Source of the DNA: a virus
Virus record (IMG/VR): IMGVR_UViG_3300025769_000068
DNA length: 64,000 nucleotides
Reading direction: 5' to 3' (one strand)
Shown: positions 38,619 through 50,200 of the stretch, piece after piece
How positions within the stretch are numbered: the stretch's first letter is position 1
How the letters are laid out: every line of letters begins with the position of its first letter
Notes under the pieces: generated by a model
The model's database searches: none
The model's input: the letters and a program-made list of their open reading frames with translations, nothing else
What the model was told of the DNA's origin: nothing
Made by a program: the position numbers and the translations under genes

Positions 38619-41600
38619 ATGTCTAAATTTAATCTCACTGCACAAATACAGTTACAAGCACCTAAAAATGCTGCACAAGTTGTAAACCAAATACAGCGTC
38701 AGTTGCAGAATATTAATGTTAATGTAAACCTCAAAGGCGCTCCACAGGCTCAACGTCAAATACAGAATTTGGCTAAGTCTACAAGTCAAGCTGCTAATGC
38801 TAGCACCAAGCTAGGTAAAGCTTTAACTGCTTCTATCAAAAGATATGCCGGTTTAGCTATTGCTACTAGGGCTGTTAGTTTATTTACTAATACTCTTAGT
38901 AATGCTGTGCAAGAATCTATAGATTTTCAGAGAGAGCTTATAAAGGTGGCTCAAGTTACTGGAAAGTCTTTGCAAGAACTTAAAGGTCTTACTTCTGAAA
39001 TTACTAGGCTATCGACTTCTTTAGGTGCTGCCTCTAGCTCTTTAATTGGAGTTAGTAGGATACTTTCTCAGGCGGGTCTTAGCGCTAATGAAACTAGGAT
39101 AGCTCTTGATGCTTTGGCTCGATCTACTTTAGCTCCTACCTTTGATAACATTACACAAACTGCTGAAGGCGCAGTTGCTATCTTTAATCAGTTTAGAGAA
39201 GGCGCTCAAGCTTTAGAAAAACAGTTGGGTGCTATTAATGCTGTTGCTGGTCAATTCGCTGTTGAGGCGGGTGATTTGATTGCTGTTATTCGTCGTACTG
39301 GAGGTGTGTTTAAATCTGCTGGTGGTGATTTAAATGAACTGATTGCGTTATTTACTAGTGTTAGAGCAACAACGCGAGAGTCAGCAGAAAGTATTGCTAC
39401 TGGTTTACGTACCATCTTTACTAGAATACAAAGACCTAAAACTATAGAATTCTTAAGAGAATTTGGTGTTGAACTTGTAGGTTTGGATGGCAAGTTTGTT
39501 GGTCCGTATGAAGCTGTTAAAAGATTGAGCGCAGCTCTTGCTGGACTTGAACAAGGTGACTTAACATTTATTAAAATTGCTGAAGAACTTGGTGGCTTTA
39601 GACAGATTGGTAAAGTCATTCCTTTAATTCAAGAATTTAGAATAGCTCAAGAAGCATTAAATGTTGCAATTGCTGGTGGTGATTCTCTTACGAAAGATGC
39701 TTTAACAGCACAACAGGCGTTAGCTGTACAGATTGCTAAAGTTAGAGAACAATTTTTAGCATTAATTAGAGGTGTATTTGAAAGTCAATCTTTTCAATTA
39801 TTTGCAAAAACTTCTTTAAACATAGCGTCTGCTTTACTTAAAGTTGGTGAAGCGTTAAAACCACTTATTCCACTGCTTACTACTTTTGCTGCTATAAATA
39901 TTGCCAGAGGTGCTGCTGGACTTATTGGAGGTTTATCTCGCCCAAGAGGATTTAACGCAGGTGGTATGGTTCCCGGTAGTGGTAATAGAGATACAGTCCC
40001 TGCGATGCTTACGCCGGGAGAATTTGTAATACGTAAAAGTAGTGTTGCTAGCATAGGTGCTGAAAATCTTGCGTCTATGAATAAATATGCATACGGTGGA
40101 ACTGTTAAAAGTTTAGGTACAACTTATACTTCTATACCAAGAACTAAAGGTTATGACAAATTACAAAATAGAAGAGTGCAAGATAATTCTAAATTTGTAA
40201 AAGTAATACCTAATGAAAAAGATTTGGACGTATGGAACAATTCAAGATCGTTTAAACATGGAGACAAATTTGAAGAAGTTTTAGCTAAATCACGAAGATT
40301 TAACACTGGACGACGAGCCACGGGGCCATTTGATATTTTAGATTTTCCTCAAACAAGATCTGAAGCTAAATTTTTACCTTTAAATGCAAGGTATGGAAAA
40401 GGAGAAAATGACAGAAACGCAAAGGGTAATACTGGTAAAAGTATTGCTGCTAAGAATTTTCTTTTTGAAAATAGCCGTGGCACGAATAGAAGACCTAGTT
40501 CGTTGTCAACTACTGCTTTAGCTGGAAAACCCGTTACAACCTACTATACAGATCCTAGTCTATGGTTGAAAAAGATGGCTACTGGCGGTGGAGTTTCTGG
40601 AACAGATACAGTTCCAGCGATGTTGACTCCCGGTGAGTTTGTAATGAACAAAGCATCTGCACAAAATATTGGTTACAGTAATTTAAACCGTATGAATAAA
40701 GTTGGTAAGTATGCTAATGGTGGTATAGTTCAAGGATTTAATACTGGTGGAACAATACGTTCGCCTCTTCTTAGTGGGGGAACATCGAAAGGAACTGTTC
40801 CAGTTTCTATACAGTCAGTTTCTAGCGTAGCTGCTTCTATGCTAGGTGGTGGATTGGGCGGTGGGGGTGGCGTTATTGCTAGCGCTGCTAGCGGAGGAGG
40901 TTCTGGCCCAAGAGGTTTAGTCGCTGCAAAAGGAACAAAAAGGGGTAATCTACCATCTAAATCTAGAAGTGTTGATAGCCTTAGTGGTATTGGTTTTGGT
41001 TTAACGGCAGCAACTGCTGCTCTTGCTACTTTCGCTCCGACTGTTGATGAAAATAGTAATGCTCAAGAAAGGGCTATCGCCGCTCTTGCTAATTCTGCCA
41101 CAACATTAGCTGCGACTTTTGGTGGTTTAGCATCTATTAGTGAATCGTTTGGTGTTAGCCTTGGTGATGCTTTTAGAGGCGGTTTAGGTAAAAAAGCTAA
41201 GAACGCCGTTCAAGAAGACATAATAGCAAGAAGTCAAGCCAAAGCGTCTGGTATAAAGCAAAGTGCTAGAGATAGAACTAAAGCTGATATAGAAAGTGGA
41301 CAAATAGATTTAAGCACATCGAAGGGTAGAGAAACAGCAAGAAAAAGAGCAGAAAAAGCTAGAAAAAGTGCGGCGGGAGTTGAAAGGCGTGGACGAGGTT
41401 TTGCAAGGGCGGGTGGATCTGCTGCTCAAGTTGGTACACAGGCTGCTGTAGGCGTTGCTGCTTTTACCGCTGCTTTTAACGCAGCTCAATCCTTAGCTCA
41501 AGTTTTCAAAGAATTAAGTGGTATTACTAAAGAAATGCAAGATGCTATAGAAGACGGTAATGTGGCTTTAGCTGAGAGAAAAGCGGCAGAAGCAAATGCA

Positions 41601-44270
41601 GAGGAAAGAACTTTAAATACAGCGAGTGGTATTGTTGGCGGTGCTGCTGCTGGATTTGCAGTCGCTGGCCCACTTGGTGCTGCTCTTGGCGCTGCTGCTG
41701 GTGGAATTTTAGCAGACTTTTTAACTCCACCAAAAGAAACTGCTGTCGCTTTAGCTGGCGCTCAAGCCGCAGCTACTAAAGCTGCTAAGAGTATGGCAGA
41801 TGCCACAAAAGAAGTTACCAAGAGGATGTCAGAATTTAGACTTGGTAATATTAGTGGGGATGAACTTTTTGAACCTTTAATAAAAGCACAAGAAGATGCT
41901 GCTCTAGCAAGAAGAAAAGGTGCAGCAGCTGAAGGCGAAGCTGCTGATTTTGGTCAAACGCTTCCGGGTGCTATGAGTCAAGCCTTTGGTTTTTCAAAAA
42001 GTTCTGATGCGATTAGAAGAGAAAACGAAGCTGCCCAAAAACAAAGAAGAGAACAAATGAAGGAAACCTCTACCCCAGCTGTACGCGCATTAGCTATGCA
42101 GGCTGCTGGAGGAGGTCAAGATGAACAACAGTTTAGAGAATTTTTACAGAGTACAGGTCTCAGTCTTAAAGATTTAGAAATGGCTGGCGTAAATGTTAAA
42201 GACATATTTGCAAGCGCAGAAAAAGAAGTTGAAAGAGCAAGAAAACAATTTGAATTATTAAATCTTGGTTTAAGTAATGTAAATGCCACAGCTGATGCAA
42301 GCATAGCCGTTTTAAATAACTTGGGGAATATTACAGATCTTGGAGCTAACTCTCAGGTTGAAAATTCTTTAAATACCTTAACTGCTGGTTTAACAGCTGC
42401 TGCTCAGGGTATAGATTTAGCTGATTTCCAGAAAGCGGTAGACACGGGCGTAGGTGTTCTACAGGGCTTAGGAGCTTCAGATGAAAGTATAAATAAATTT
42501 AAAAATACAACACAGGCGATTAATTCTGTACAGTCCGAAATACCAAACGCTTTGGAAAGAGTAAAAAAAACTTTTGATGCTAGCGGTGGAAAGGTAAGTG
42601 TTAAAGATCTTAGGCAGAAATTTGCTGACGAAATATCAGGCTCTTTGAAGGGTGTAGTAGACGAAGACACACTTTCAAATTTGACTGATTTAATTGCAGA
42701 GGGAGAGCTTTCTCCAGAAGATGTTAAAGCAATACAAGGAGGCGATATGTCTCCTCTTCAAAAACTAGTTGATGAGTTTGGTGAAGGGGCGATGAAAGAA
42801 TTTACAGAAGCTTTCAAAAAAGCAGCTGAAATAGAAAATAAACTTGTAGCTATTACTTCACAAAGAATTAATCTAGAAAATCAGTTAGTAGCATCACAGC
42901 AAAAAGTACTATCTGCTCAAATGGAAGCCGCACAGATTATAGCTGAATTTGGTGGCCCTGCGGTAACGCCTGATCAACAGCGAGCTAATATTATACAAAG
43001 TGCTAATACTCAATCTGGAGTTATTGGTGGTATTAGTAATTTACAAAGTGGTAGCGCTGCTGAACTTACAAATCGTAATAGAGAAATTAATGCCCAACTT
43101 CAAAATATAGATACGCAGAGATCAGCTGTTGCTGCTGGAGGCGGTGGTCTTGGCAGAGTCGAAGGTACAGAGTTACAAGCACAGCAAGACAGATTAATTA
43201 AGCTCGCTCAAGATCAATATAATGTTACTAAACAATTAATTGACGTTCGTAAGCAAGAACTTAGAACAATTCAAGCTAGAAATAAAGCAGAAAAAGACGG
43301 CTTGGAATCTCTACTTGATGGTGATTTTGAAGGATTCTTTGATGCTCAAGCAGCTGCTGGCGCTACAGCTGCAATCGCCACGGGCAATACTCAGCTGGCA
43401 TCGGCGTATGGTCCCGGCGGTCTTGCTGGAGCATTTAAAAACTTACAGCAGATGCAATCACAAGGTGTTACAACTGCATTTGGTCAAAACATTGGCGGCG
43501 CAGGAGGATTGCTAGAGCAATCTGCTGGAGCAGCTTTAGGGACATTTGGAATGCAAGGATCAGCAGATGTTCTTGCTGGCACTACACCAGAAGAAGCTGC
43601 CTTGCAGTCAGAAATACAAGGTTTAGCTAAAACGTTGCCAGATACTGCTCAAGTTCAAGCAAATGCTGCTGAAATGATGTTGAAAGCAGCCGTGATACAA
43701 CAACAAGTTGCACAAGCAGAATTAGCTGAAGTAAGAGAAAGGGTTCAAAACCGTGCTGGTGGTGGTTTGATTTATGCTAGCCGTGGAATGTTTGTACCCC
43801 GTGGAACTGACACTGTTCCTGCAATGTTGACTCCGGGTGAGTTTGTAGTTAGACGAGCAGCTGTTCAAAGGGGAAATAATCTTCAAATGCTTAAAGCTAT
43901 GAACAGTGGCGCTGTTAGCGATAGTGCAACACAAGCTTTATCTTCTGGGGGTCAAGTAAGATATTTACAAAACGGCGGTGAAGCTACTGGTGGAGGTCTT
44001 GGCATTAGTTCAGAAACTTTAAACAGTTTTGCATCAGCCCTTAATAACTTTAACACTCAGTTAGCTACTAATATACAAAATCTACAAAATACTCAATTCC
44101 AAATTACTTTAAATCCAGCAAATATAAATGTTAACTTAACTGGCACGTCATTCCTAGAAAAGTTGACATCTACTCTTAAACAAGAGTTGTTTAGCTTTGT
44201 GGGTCAGGAAATTGCTCAACATTCCGTGGGACCAGACGGACGACTAACTAAAGACAACCGAAGGGTATAA
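38619..44270 (+). CDS. Tape measure protein with embedded cargo domain and repeated DTVPAMLTPGEFV modules
   Basis: 1883 aa Ala/Gly/Gln-rich helical ORF. The N-terminal region resembles the TP901-type TMP core (IDFQRELIKVAQVTG...ELIALFTSVRATTRESAESIATGLRTIFTRI). It has a Gly-zipper hydrophobic segment and sits downstream of tube and chaperones. Confidence 0.85.
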   Translation: MSKFNLTAQIQLQAPKNAAQVVNQIQRQLQNINVNVNLKGAPQAQRQIQNLAKSTSQAANASTKLGKALTASIKRYAGLAIATRAVSLFTNTLSNAVQESIDFQRELIKVAQVTGKSLQELKGLTSEITRLSTSLGAASSSLIGVSRILSQAGLSANETRIALDALARSTLAPTFDNITQTAEGAVAIFNQFREGAQALEKQLGAINAVAGQFAVEAGDLIAVIRRTGGVFKSAGGDLNELIALFTSVRATTRESAESIATGLRTIFTRIQRPKTIEFLREFGVELVGLDGKFVGPYEAVKRLSAALAGLEQGDLTFIKIAEELGGFRQIGKVIPLIQEFRIAQEALNVAIAGGDSLTKDALTAQQALAVQIAKVREQFLALIRGVFESQSFQLFAKTSLNIASALLKVGEALKPLIPLLTTFAAINIARGAAGLIGGLSRPRGFNAGGMVPGSGNRDTVPAMLTPGEFVIRKSSVASIGAENLASMNKYAYGGTVKSLGTTYTSIPRTKGYDKLQNRRVQDNSKFVKVIPNEKDLDVWNNSRSFKHGDKFEEVLAKSRRFNTGRRATGPFDILDFPQTRSEAKFLPLNARYGKGENDRNAKGNTGKSIAAKNFLFENSRGTNRRPSSLSTTALAGKPVTTYYTDPSLWLKKMATGGGVSGTDTVPAMLTPGEFVMNKASAQNIGYSNLNRMNKVGKYANGGIVQGFNTGGTIRSPLLSGGTSKGTVPVSIQSVSSVAASMLGGGLGGGGGVIASAASGGGSGPRGLVAAKGTKRGNLPSKSRSVDSLSGIGFGLTAATAALATFAPTVDENSNAQERAIAALANSATTLAATFGGLASISESFGVSLGDAFRGGLGKKAKNAVQEDIIARSQAKASGIKQSARDRTKADIESGQIDLSTSKGRETARKRAEKARKSAAGVERRGRGFARAGGSAAQVGTQAAVGVAAFTAAFNAAQSLAQVFKELSGITKEMQDAIEDGNVALAERKAAEANAEERTLNTASGIVGGAAAGFAVAGPLGAALGAAAGGILADFLTPPKETAVALAGAQAAATKAAKSMADATKEVTKRMSEFRLGNISGDELFEPLIKAQEDAALARRKGAAAEGEAADFGQTLPGAMSQAFGFSKSSDAIRRENEAAQKQRREQMKETSTPAVRALAMQAAGGGQDEQQFREFLQSTGLSLKDLEMAGVNVKDIFASAEKEVERARKQFELLNLGLSNVNATADASIAVLNNLGNITDLGANSQVENSLNTLTAGLTAAAQGIDLADFQKAVDTGVGVLQGLGASDESINKFKNTTQAINSVQSEIPNALERVKKTFDASGGKVSVKDLRQKFADEISGSLKGVVDEDTLSNLTDLIAEGELSPEDVKAIQGGDMSPLQKLVDEFGEGAMKEFTEAFKKAAEIENKLVAITSQRINLENQLVASQQKVLSAQMEAAQIIAEFGGPAVTPDQQRANIIQSANTQSGVIGGISNLQSGSAAELTNRNREINAQLQNIDTQRSAVAAGGGGLGRVEGTELQAQQDRLIKLAQDQYNVTKQLIDVRKQELRTIQARNKAEKDGLESLLDGDFEGFFDAQAAAGATAAIATGNTQLASAYGPGGLAGAFKNLQQMQSQGVTTAFGQNIGGAGGLLEQSAGAALGTFGMQGSADVLAGTTPEEAALQSEIQGLAKTLPDTAQVQANAAEMMLKAAVIQQQVAQAELAEVRERVQNRAGGGLIYASRGMFVPRGTDTVPAMLTPGEFVVRRAAVQRGNNLQMLKAMNSGAVSDSATQALSSGGQVRYLQNGGEATGGGLGISSETLNSFASALNNFNTQLATNIQNLQNTQFQITLNPANINVNLTGTSFLEKLTSTLKQELFSFVGQEIAQHSVGPDGRLTKDNRRV
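39951..43979 (+). repeat. Three protein-level copies of DTVPAMLTPGEFV (39990, 40605, 43809) with flanking [FYML]xxGG motifs
   Basis: The same 13-aa motif is encoded with different synonymous codons in each copy. Flanking motifs: FNAGG, YAYGG, MATGG, YANGG, FNTGG, LSSGG, LQNGG. Confidence 0.9.
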
Positions 44271-44272
44271 GG

Positions 44273-47200
44273 ATGATACAGGATTGTTTTTCACCAAAGG
44301 TAAGCTTTAAAAAAGCGGGAGTTGGAAAACTCAGGCTTGGAGAAAGAGCGGGATTATTACAGGTACGTTGTCAAACTGATGTTAATCTAAAATTTGATAT
44401 AAATTTAAAAGCAGCAAATACTGGCGATAGACTTATTTCATCTAAAATGTTAGGCTTTGCAACACTAAAACAAACAACTACTAGCGATATTAATGTTAAT
44501 AGATATTTTAATCTAGATAATGCTTTTATAACAACTAGATATAAACTTAACCCAGCTAGTATTTTTGCAAGACCTTCTACTTCTGCTTTTGTCTCCGCAA
44601 GGCCACATAAGATTGCAGGGACTCACGACTCTTATCGAGAATTTGACAATTTTGTAGCTACAGAAAAATTATATCCTAGCGGTATTGAAGTTTTTGAAAG
44701 TGGATTTAACAGAATTATTGGAGTGGCATCGTCTATTGATGATGGTGTGCTTATCGGAAATTATCTAAAAAATGGATTACCAAGTTCCCGCGTTACTAGA
44801 GATTCTATATTTTTAAGATCTCAAGAAAGATTTGGAAAACCAAAAGATGATCATAATAATTATAAATTAGTATTAGAGATGGATAAACCTTCTACTGATA
44901 TGCTAGAAAGTTTTTTGGCAATTAGAGTAGATGCTCCTATTGAAAATTTTAGATCTCATAAGCCACTTTCTTATAAATTTAATAATCTAAAGTTTACTGA
45001 TCCGTCTGGAAATTTAATAGTACAATATAAAGACTTCACAGTTAAGGGTGAATCAAAGTATCTATCTACAGTAAACCCAACTACCTATTTAACTGAACCG
45101 CTAATAAATAACGCAAAACTAGATAAGGATGATAGTAATTATCCTCTATTTTTTAATGAAAGTGGTTATTTACTAAATATTGATGTGGAGACTTCCACTT
45201 TAGACGACCCATTTAACGTTGGTTTTAGTAACGCATTTTCTGAAGATAATAGACCAGTTGGTGGTAGAAGAGAAGATTTTAGAATTATCTCACTTGAAAT
45301 ACTATCACAGGGTTTAAGTAATTTTAGAAATGATGCAATACTTCCTTTTTCCGTGCAAGTTCCTGCAACTGGTTTAAGAACAGAAAGAAAAATATTTCCA
45401 TCAAATCTTTTAAAGTATAACTTTGATACAACTATTTATCCTTCTGGAGAACACTCTCTGTGGACAGATAATGGTAATCATACTTTTAACGACGTTGAAG
45501 ATAACAGTCACCTAAGTAATATTTTACGATTAGACGGTAATGACAAATTTATAGAATTATCTTCTACCACGGCTATTGCAGATTCTGGTAAGCTAAAACT
45601 TAAGTTTAGTCATGAGCCTCCGACTTCTGCATTTAGGTATGCAGATGGGGCTTTCCAATTTGCTTTTTCGTCAAATTCCTTTGACGCTGCTAATAAAAGA
45701 CAAGTTTCTGATATAGATTCTTTCTTTGTGGTTGACGAGATAGAGTTAAAGGTTACGGCTAAAAAGTCTGCTTCTAGTAGAGATTATGTAATTGATGCTG
45801 TTGGTTATAGTGATGATAAACTTTTGCATATAACTCCTAAGATTGGTGGATTTTTACAAAACGCTTCAGGCCAACATCCATCTGGAATAGGCGTAACTCC
45901 AGTTTCTTCTGGATTTGCAAATATAAACGACTTAGGAATTTCTACACTACCAATATCAGACAAGTTCTCTTACTTTGAAACTTCTGGTACTAATAACTTA
46001 GGAGGTAATCATTATTCATTACCTTTAACACCAATAGTAAATACAACTGAATTCACAGAGTATACTATACCTTTAGATATTTATCCAGATAATGTTAGAC
46101 TTGGAAAGTCTGTTGATTACTCTATGAGTTCTTACTTTGAACATCTATACTTAGATTTATTCCCATTCCCAAGTGGCGCGGCTATATCTAATATATCTTT
46201 ACTTATTAAGTACAGACCTAGCAACGCTCTTCCACTCCATACTGTTGCGCATGAAAAAGAACCATTACATAAATCTGAAGCTAAGGGGTATCCTTCGTCA
46301 AGTCAAAGCACGGACAGAAAGATAAATTCTGTTATACAAAATTCTGGACTGTCATTAATAGAAAGCATCCCACACGGATATCAAAGTCCAACAACCATTA
46401 AAACAAATTACGCTAGACGTTGGAGGGGTGTAGATGGAAATGTGATGACAGGTCCGTTTCAACCTACTGTCTTTGATTTCTCTTTCGAGAATCCTCAACT
46501 AGATGCGCCGTTCTTAAATGGAACATTTGATTTTACAAAGATAGAAGACGGATTCGTATTACCAAATCAAAGTGGATTATTAGACAACAATGTTAGTGGA
46601 TTTTATAATGCTAGCTTCTCATCTAATCTTATAGAAAATATTGGTTTACGATTTAATAATAGTGGTCTTTTTGTAAATCAACAACGAGATTATAAAACTT
46701 TAGATTGGACACAAACGGGTTCTGAATTAAGTGGTAAAATATTAGACTCTTTCGATAAAGCTTTAAGATTATCTGGACCTGACGCAAACATTAATTTTGG
46801 TAGTGGCATCTCAGTTTCTGGAGGTTTCGCGGCATACATTAGATTTTCTCCTGATGTTTCAATAAGTGGAAGCTCTTATAACCTTTGGGACTCTGGGGTG
46901 CTGCTATCAAAATGGAATCACGGAGAAGAACTAGAATTTCTTTTAGCTTATAGCGGTGGACATTTAGCCGCTCATGCTAGAGATATTGACAATAATACTA
47001 TATCTATATATGATAGTCAAGATTATACTAATTACCAATATCCACTATCTGTATTACTTACATATAATGATAATTTAAGTAGTAGATTAAAGTTATACGT
47101 TGACAGTGAAATAGCTAGCGGAAGTTATGATCTACTTCGAGCATCTTCTACTTCTTTCTTTATGGCATCTGGTAATAGTCCAATTGTAGCTGGTTTCTCT

Positions 47201-50200
47201 TCTGCTTCTGGCGTTGGTACTAATGTATTTGCAACAGACGTTGGTTTATCTTTCCACAATGCCAGCGGATCTAATATAACAGAATCTGGAATTAACTTGG
47301 ACATGAAGCAAACGGAGGTTGAAGGCTTCTTTAGCGGTCATCGTGCAAAATTCTGGAATGCTGGAGAAAGTCATGTTTATGATAGATATAAACTTTGGAG
47401 TTTTGTTGATCAAAATACAAGCAAGTGGAAAATAGGAGAATTTAATTTTTGTATGTTTGATCAAAACTTTAGTAGATTTAGTAAGAGGGTAGGCAGAGAT
47501 TATATTCAATTTAAGCTATCGCATAGTGGATTTCCATATTATCAAACTACAAATTTAGCTTTACCTTCTGGTAGTATACAAACATCTGGATTGGCATATC
47601 ATAGTCAGTTAGAAAATGATATGTTGAGACTTGACATTGGTACTATTCCAGACGGAGATAGTCATAGGCTTTATTCTGCATCTCCTAGAATTTCAAAGAA
47701 TTTCCCAAGAGGTTACAAGTTTGAAGAATCAGCATTTGTTGTAGATACTGTTATTCAAAGTCAAATTGATCAAGAAGTAAATTGGAATGATGGCAATACT
47801 GGACCTAAACTAATTGTAAGTTTATACGCCCCTCAAAAAGACCCAACAACATATGTAGAGTCAAATTTTGGTCTAGTAAATAGACATTATCATTATTTAC
47901 CTTTTAACGGTTGCATGACGAAAATATCTAGTACTTTTGATTATAATGATTGGATAGATAAATCAGAACCTTGGGCAGAGTTTAATTCTAGAACTGCTAG
48001 CACAGAGTTTGACCATAAGTTTTATTCTGACGACATTGATAAGATGTTTATTCAGTATGACATAGCATTTCCTTCTGGTGATAAGTTTACTTCTAACATC
48101 AAACTACATTCAATAAATTTAAATTTAGAAAATGTTTTAGCGTCTGGAGATGCAATTTCTTCTTCTGGCTTTGCGTTGTTTGCCAGCGGGAATACACTAT
48201 CCTCTAACGCCTTAGAATTGTTTGTAGATTCTTTGGTTAATATATCTGGAGCGCAACCTTCTGGATTAACTCTATACAGTTCTGGCGCGGCTATACCAAC
48301 AGTATCTGGAGAATCACCAAGTGGTTTGTTAATGTCTACCCTTGCTTACGATCCTTCTACAGTTAGTCGTGCTTCTGGTATGTACTTATCTTTATTTTCT
48401 TCTGGAGATGCAACAATTGGATTTGATCCAAATTTGATTATTCATGAAGGAATGTATGGTATTGTTAATACTGATTTTAATCCGGTTGTCAATCTCTTTA
48501 CTGAGGGCGGTGCTTTTGGAGTTAAAGTTTTAGATGGCGCTCTTTCCATATCTACCTTTAACGACGGTATTCTAGATTCAACTAGTGGAGATTTGTTCCT
48601 ATTTAATCAATCTGCTGGATTAGCCGATCCAATTTTAGATAGTGGAAGCATAACGATGTTTCTACATGGAGTTCCAGAATTAAATCCATTTATAGAATTG
48701 GTAGATACACTTCCGCTATATTTGGGTGGCGTGGATTTAAACATAACCTCCAGTAGTTCTCTAGACTTACGAATTATAGGACAGCCAATTATTAATGGTA
48801 TTAATAATGATATACATTTATTTACTACAAACTACAATGTTGCTCCGGGTGATTTAGGTCAAGAATTTATAAGCTGGACAAATGTAAATGCTGGCACAGG
48901 AATCTCAACTATTGAAAGTGATTATTCTTACTTAGAATCTAGCGATGAAATTCGCGGTGTAGATTTAACATGCTATGGAGATTGTGAGTCAACGGATGAA
49001 CCTTGTACTGATCCAGAAATTATTATTCATGGAAAGAATTTTGGACAAGATTGTGTTGACGGTGGAATATTTAGAGCTAAAAGATTATATACTAATCTTG
49101 CTACGAGTGGATTTAAAACTGACGTTGGATATAGCGGTAATTACTATGGTATTAGAAAATTTACTGGATTGATTCCTCATGCTCCATATGATATTCAAGT
49201 TTTTGGTAGAACAGCTGGAGAAGAAAGAAAAGAACTTCCAAGATCTTTATCTATTAATTATGGCACTAATGAAAATGTTCATTTTTCAGGTATCAAATTA
49301 ATTGCAGACGGAATACAGGGAGCTAGCGGTAATACTCCACCAAGCTCTACAACTCCAAGAAATGCATTTGATCAGTATGGAAAGTCTGTTTGCGTTGGTA
49401 AAAAGTATATGGTTGTTGGATCTCCTAAACACCATGTTTTTGATTATGACTCTAGAGATCTTGGAGAAGCTGGAACTGTGTTTGTATATGAAAGAAATTC
49501 TGAACCAAGTGGATATGATTGGTCTAATCAAGATGATAAATCTGGTTTTTCTTTTGTTTCTGAGTTAACACTACCAATTGGACTTAAAAGAGATTATGCT
49601 GTAGCCATAACAAGCAAAGACGACCCCCTTCAACCGCAGAGTGATAAAAAGTTACCTTTTCCTACAACTAGAGCTGAGTGGTACAACATAGGAGAAGGTA
49701 GAAATTTTGGATCATCTTTAGATATGTCTAATTCTGGTGAAAGTCCAACCATTGTTGTTGGCGCTCCAAACAGTGTATGGTCAAGAACATTTTCTGATCC
49801 AGTTCCAACTCCCATTGAGGTTGCGCTATTTGTATTCACCAGACCTTTTAAAGAATTTAAAAACGTAAAAAGACAAGGCCGAGAAGCGGAGGAAACTGTG
49901 ATTCCGGGTAAAAAAACGTATCGTGACATTTTACCTAGTATATCAGATGTAAACTTTTTATATAAATATTATTCTAATCCTGCTGTTTCTGTTAACTTAA
50001 AAGTTATTATAGTTGAGCCTAATTTAACCAGCGGTCCAGCTGGAGATCAAGACTTTATTGGTGGAACAGAGGATGTGGCATTTAAGTTTAGTATTTCTAA
50101 CCATGAGAGAGGTAAGTTTAGAGGTCAATCTCATACCACTCAGATGTTTCAACAACTACAAGAAATCTTCCACGGTCCTACAAGTGGGATATATCCACTT

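Noticed and set aside
40101-40574. Intein or homing endonuclease insertion in the TMP
   Set aside because: No Cys/Ser N-terminal block or His-Asn C-terminal splice motif, and no LAGLIDADG, HNH or GIY-YIG motif.
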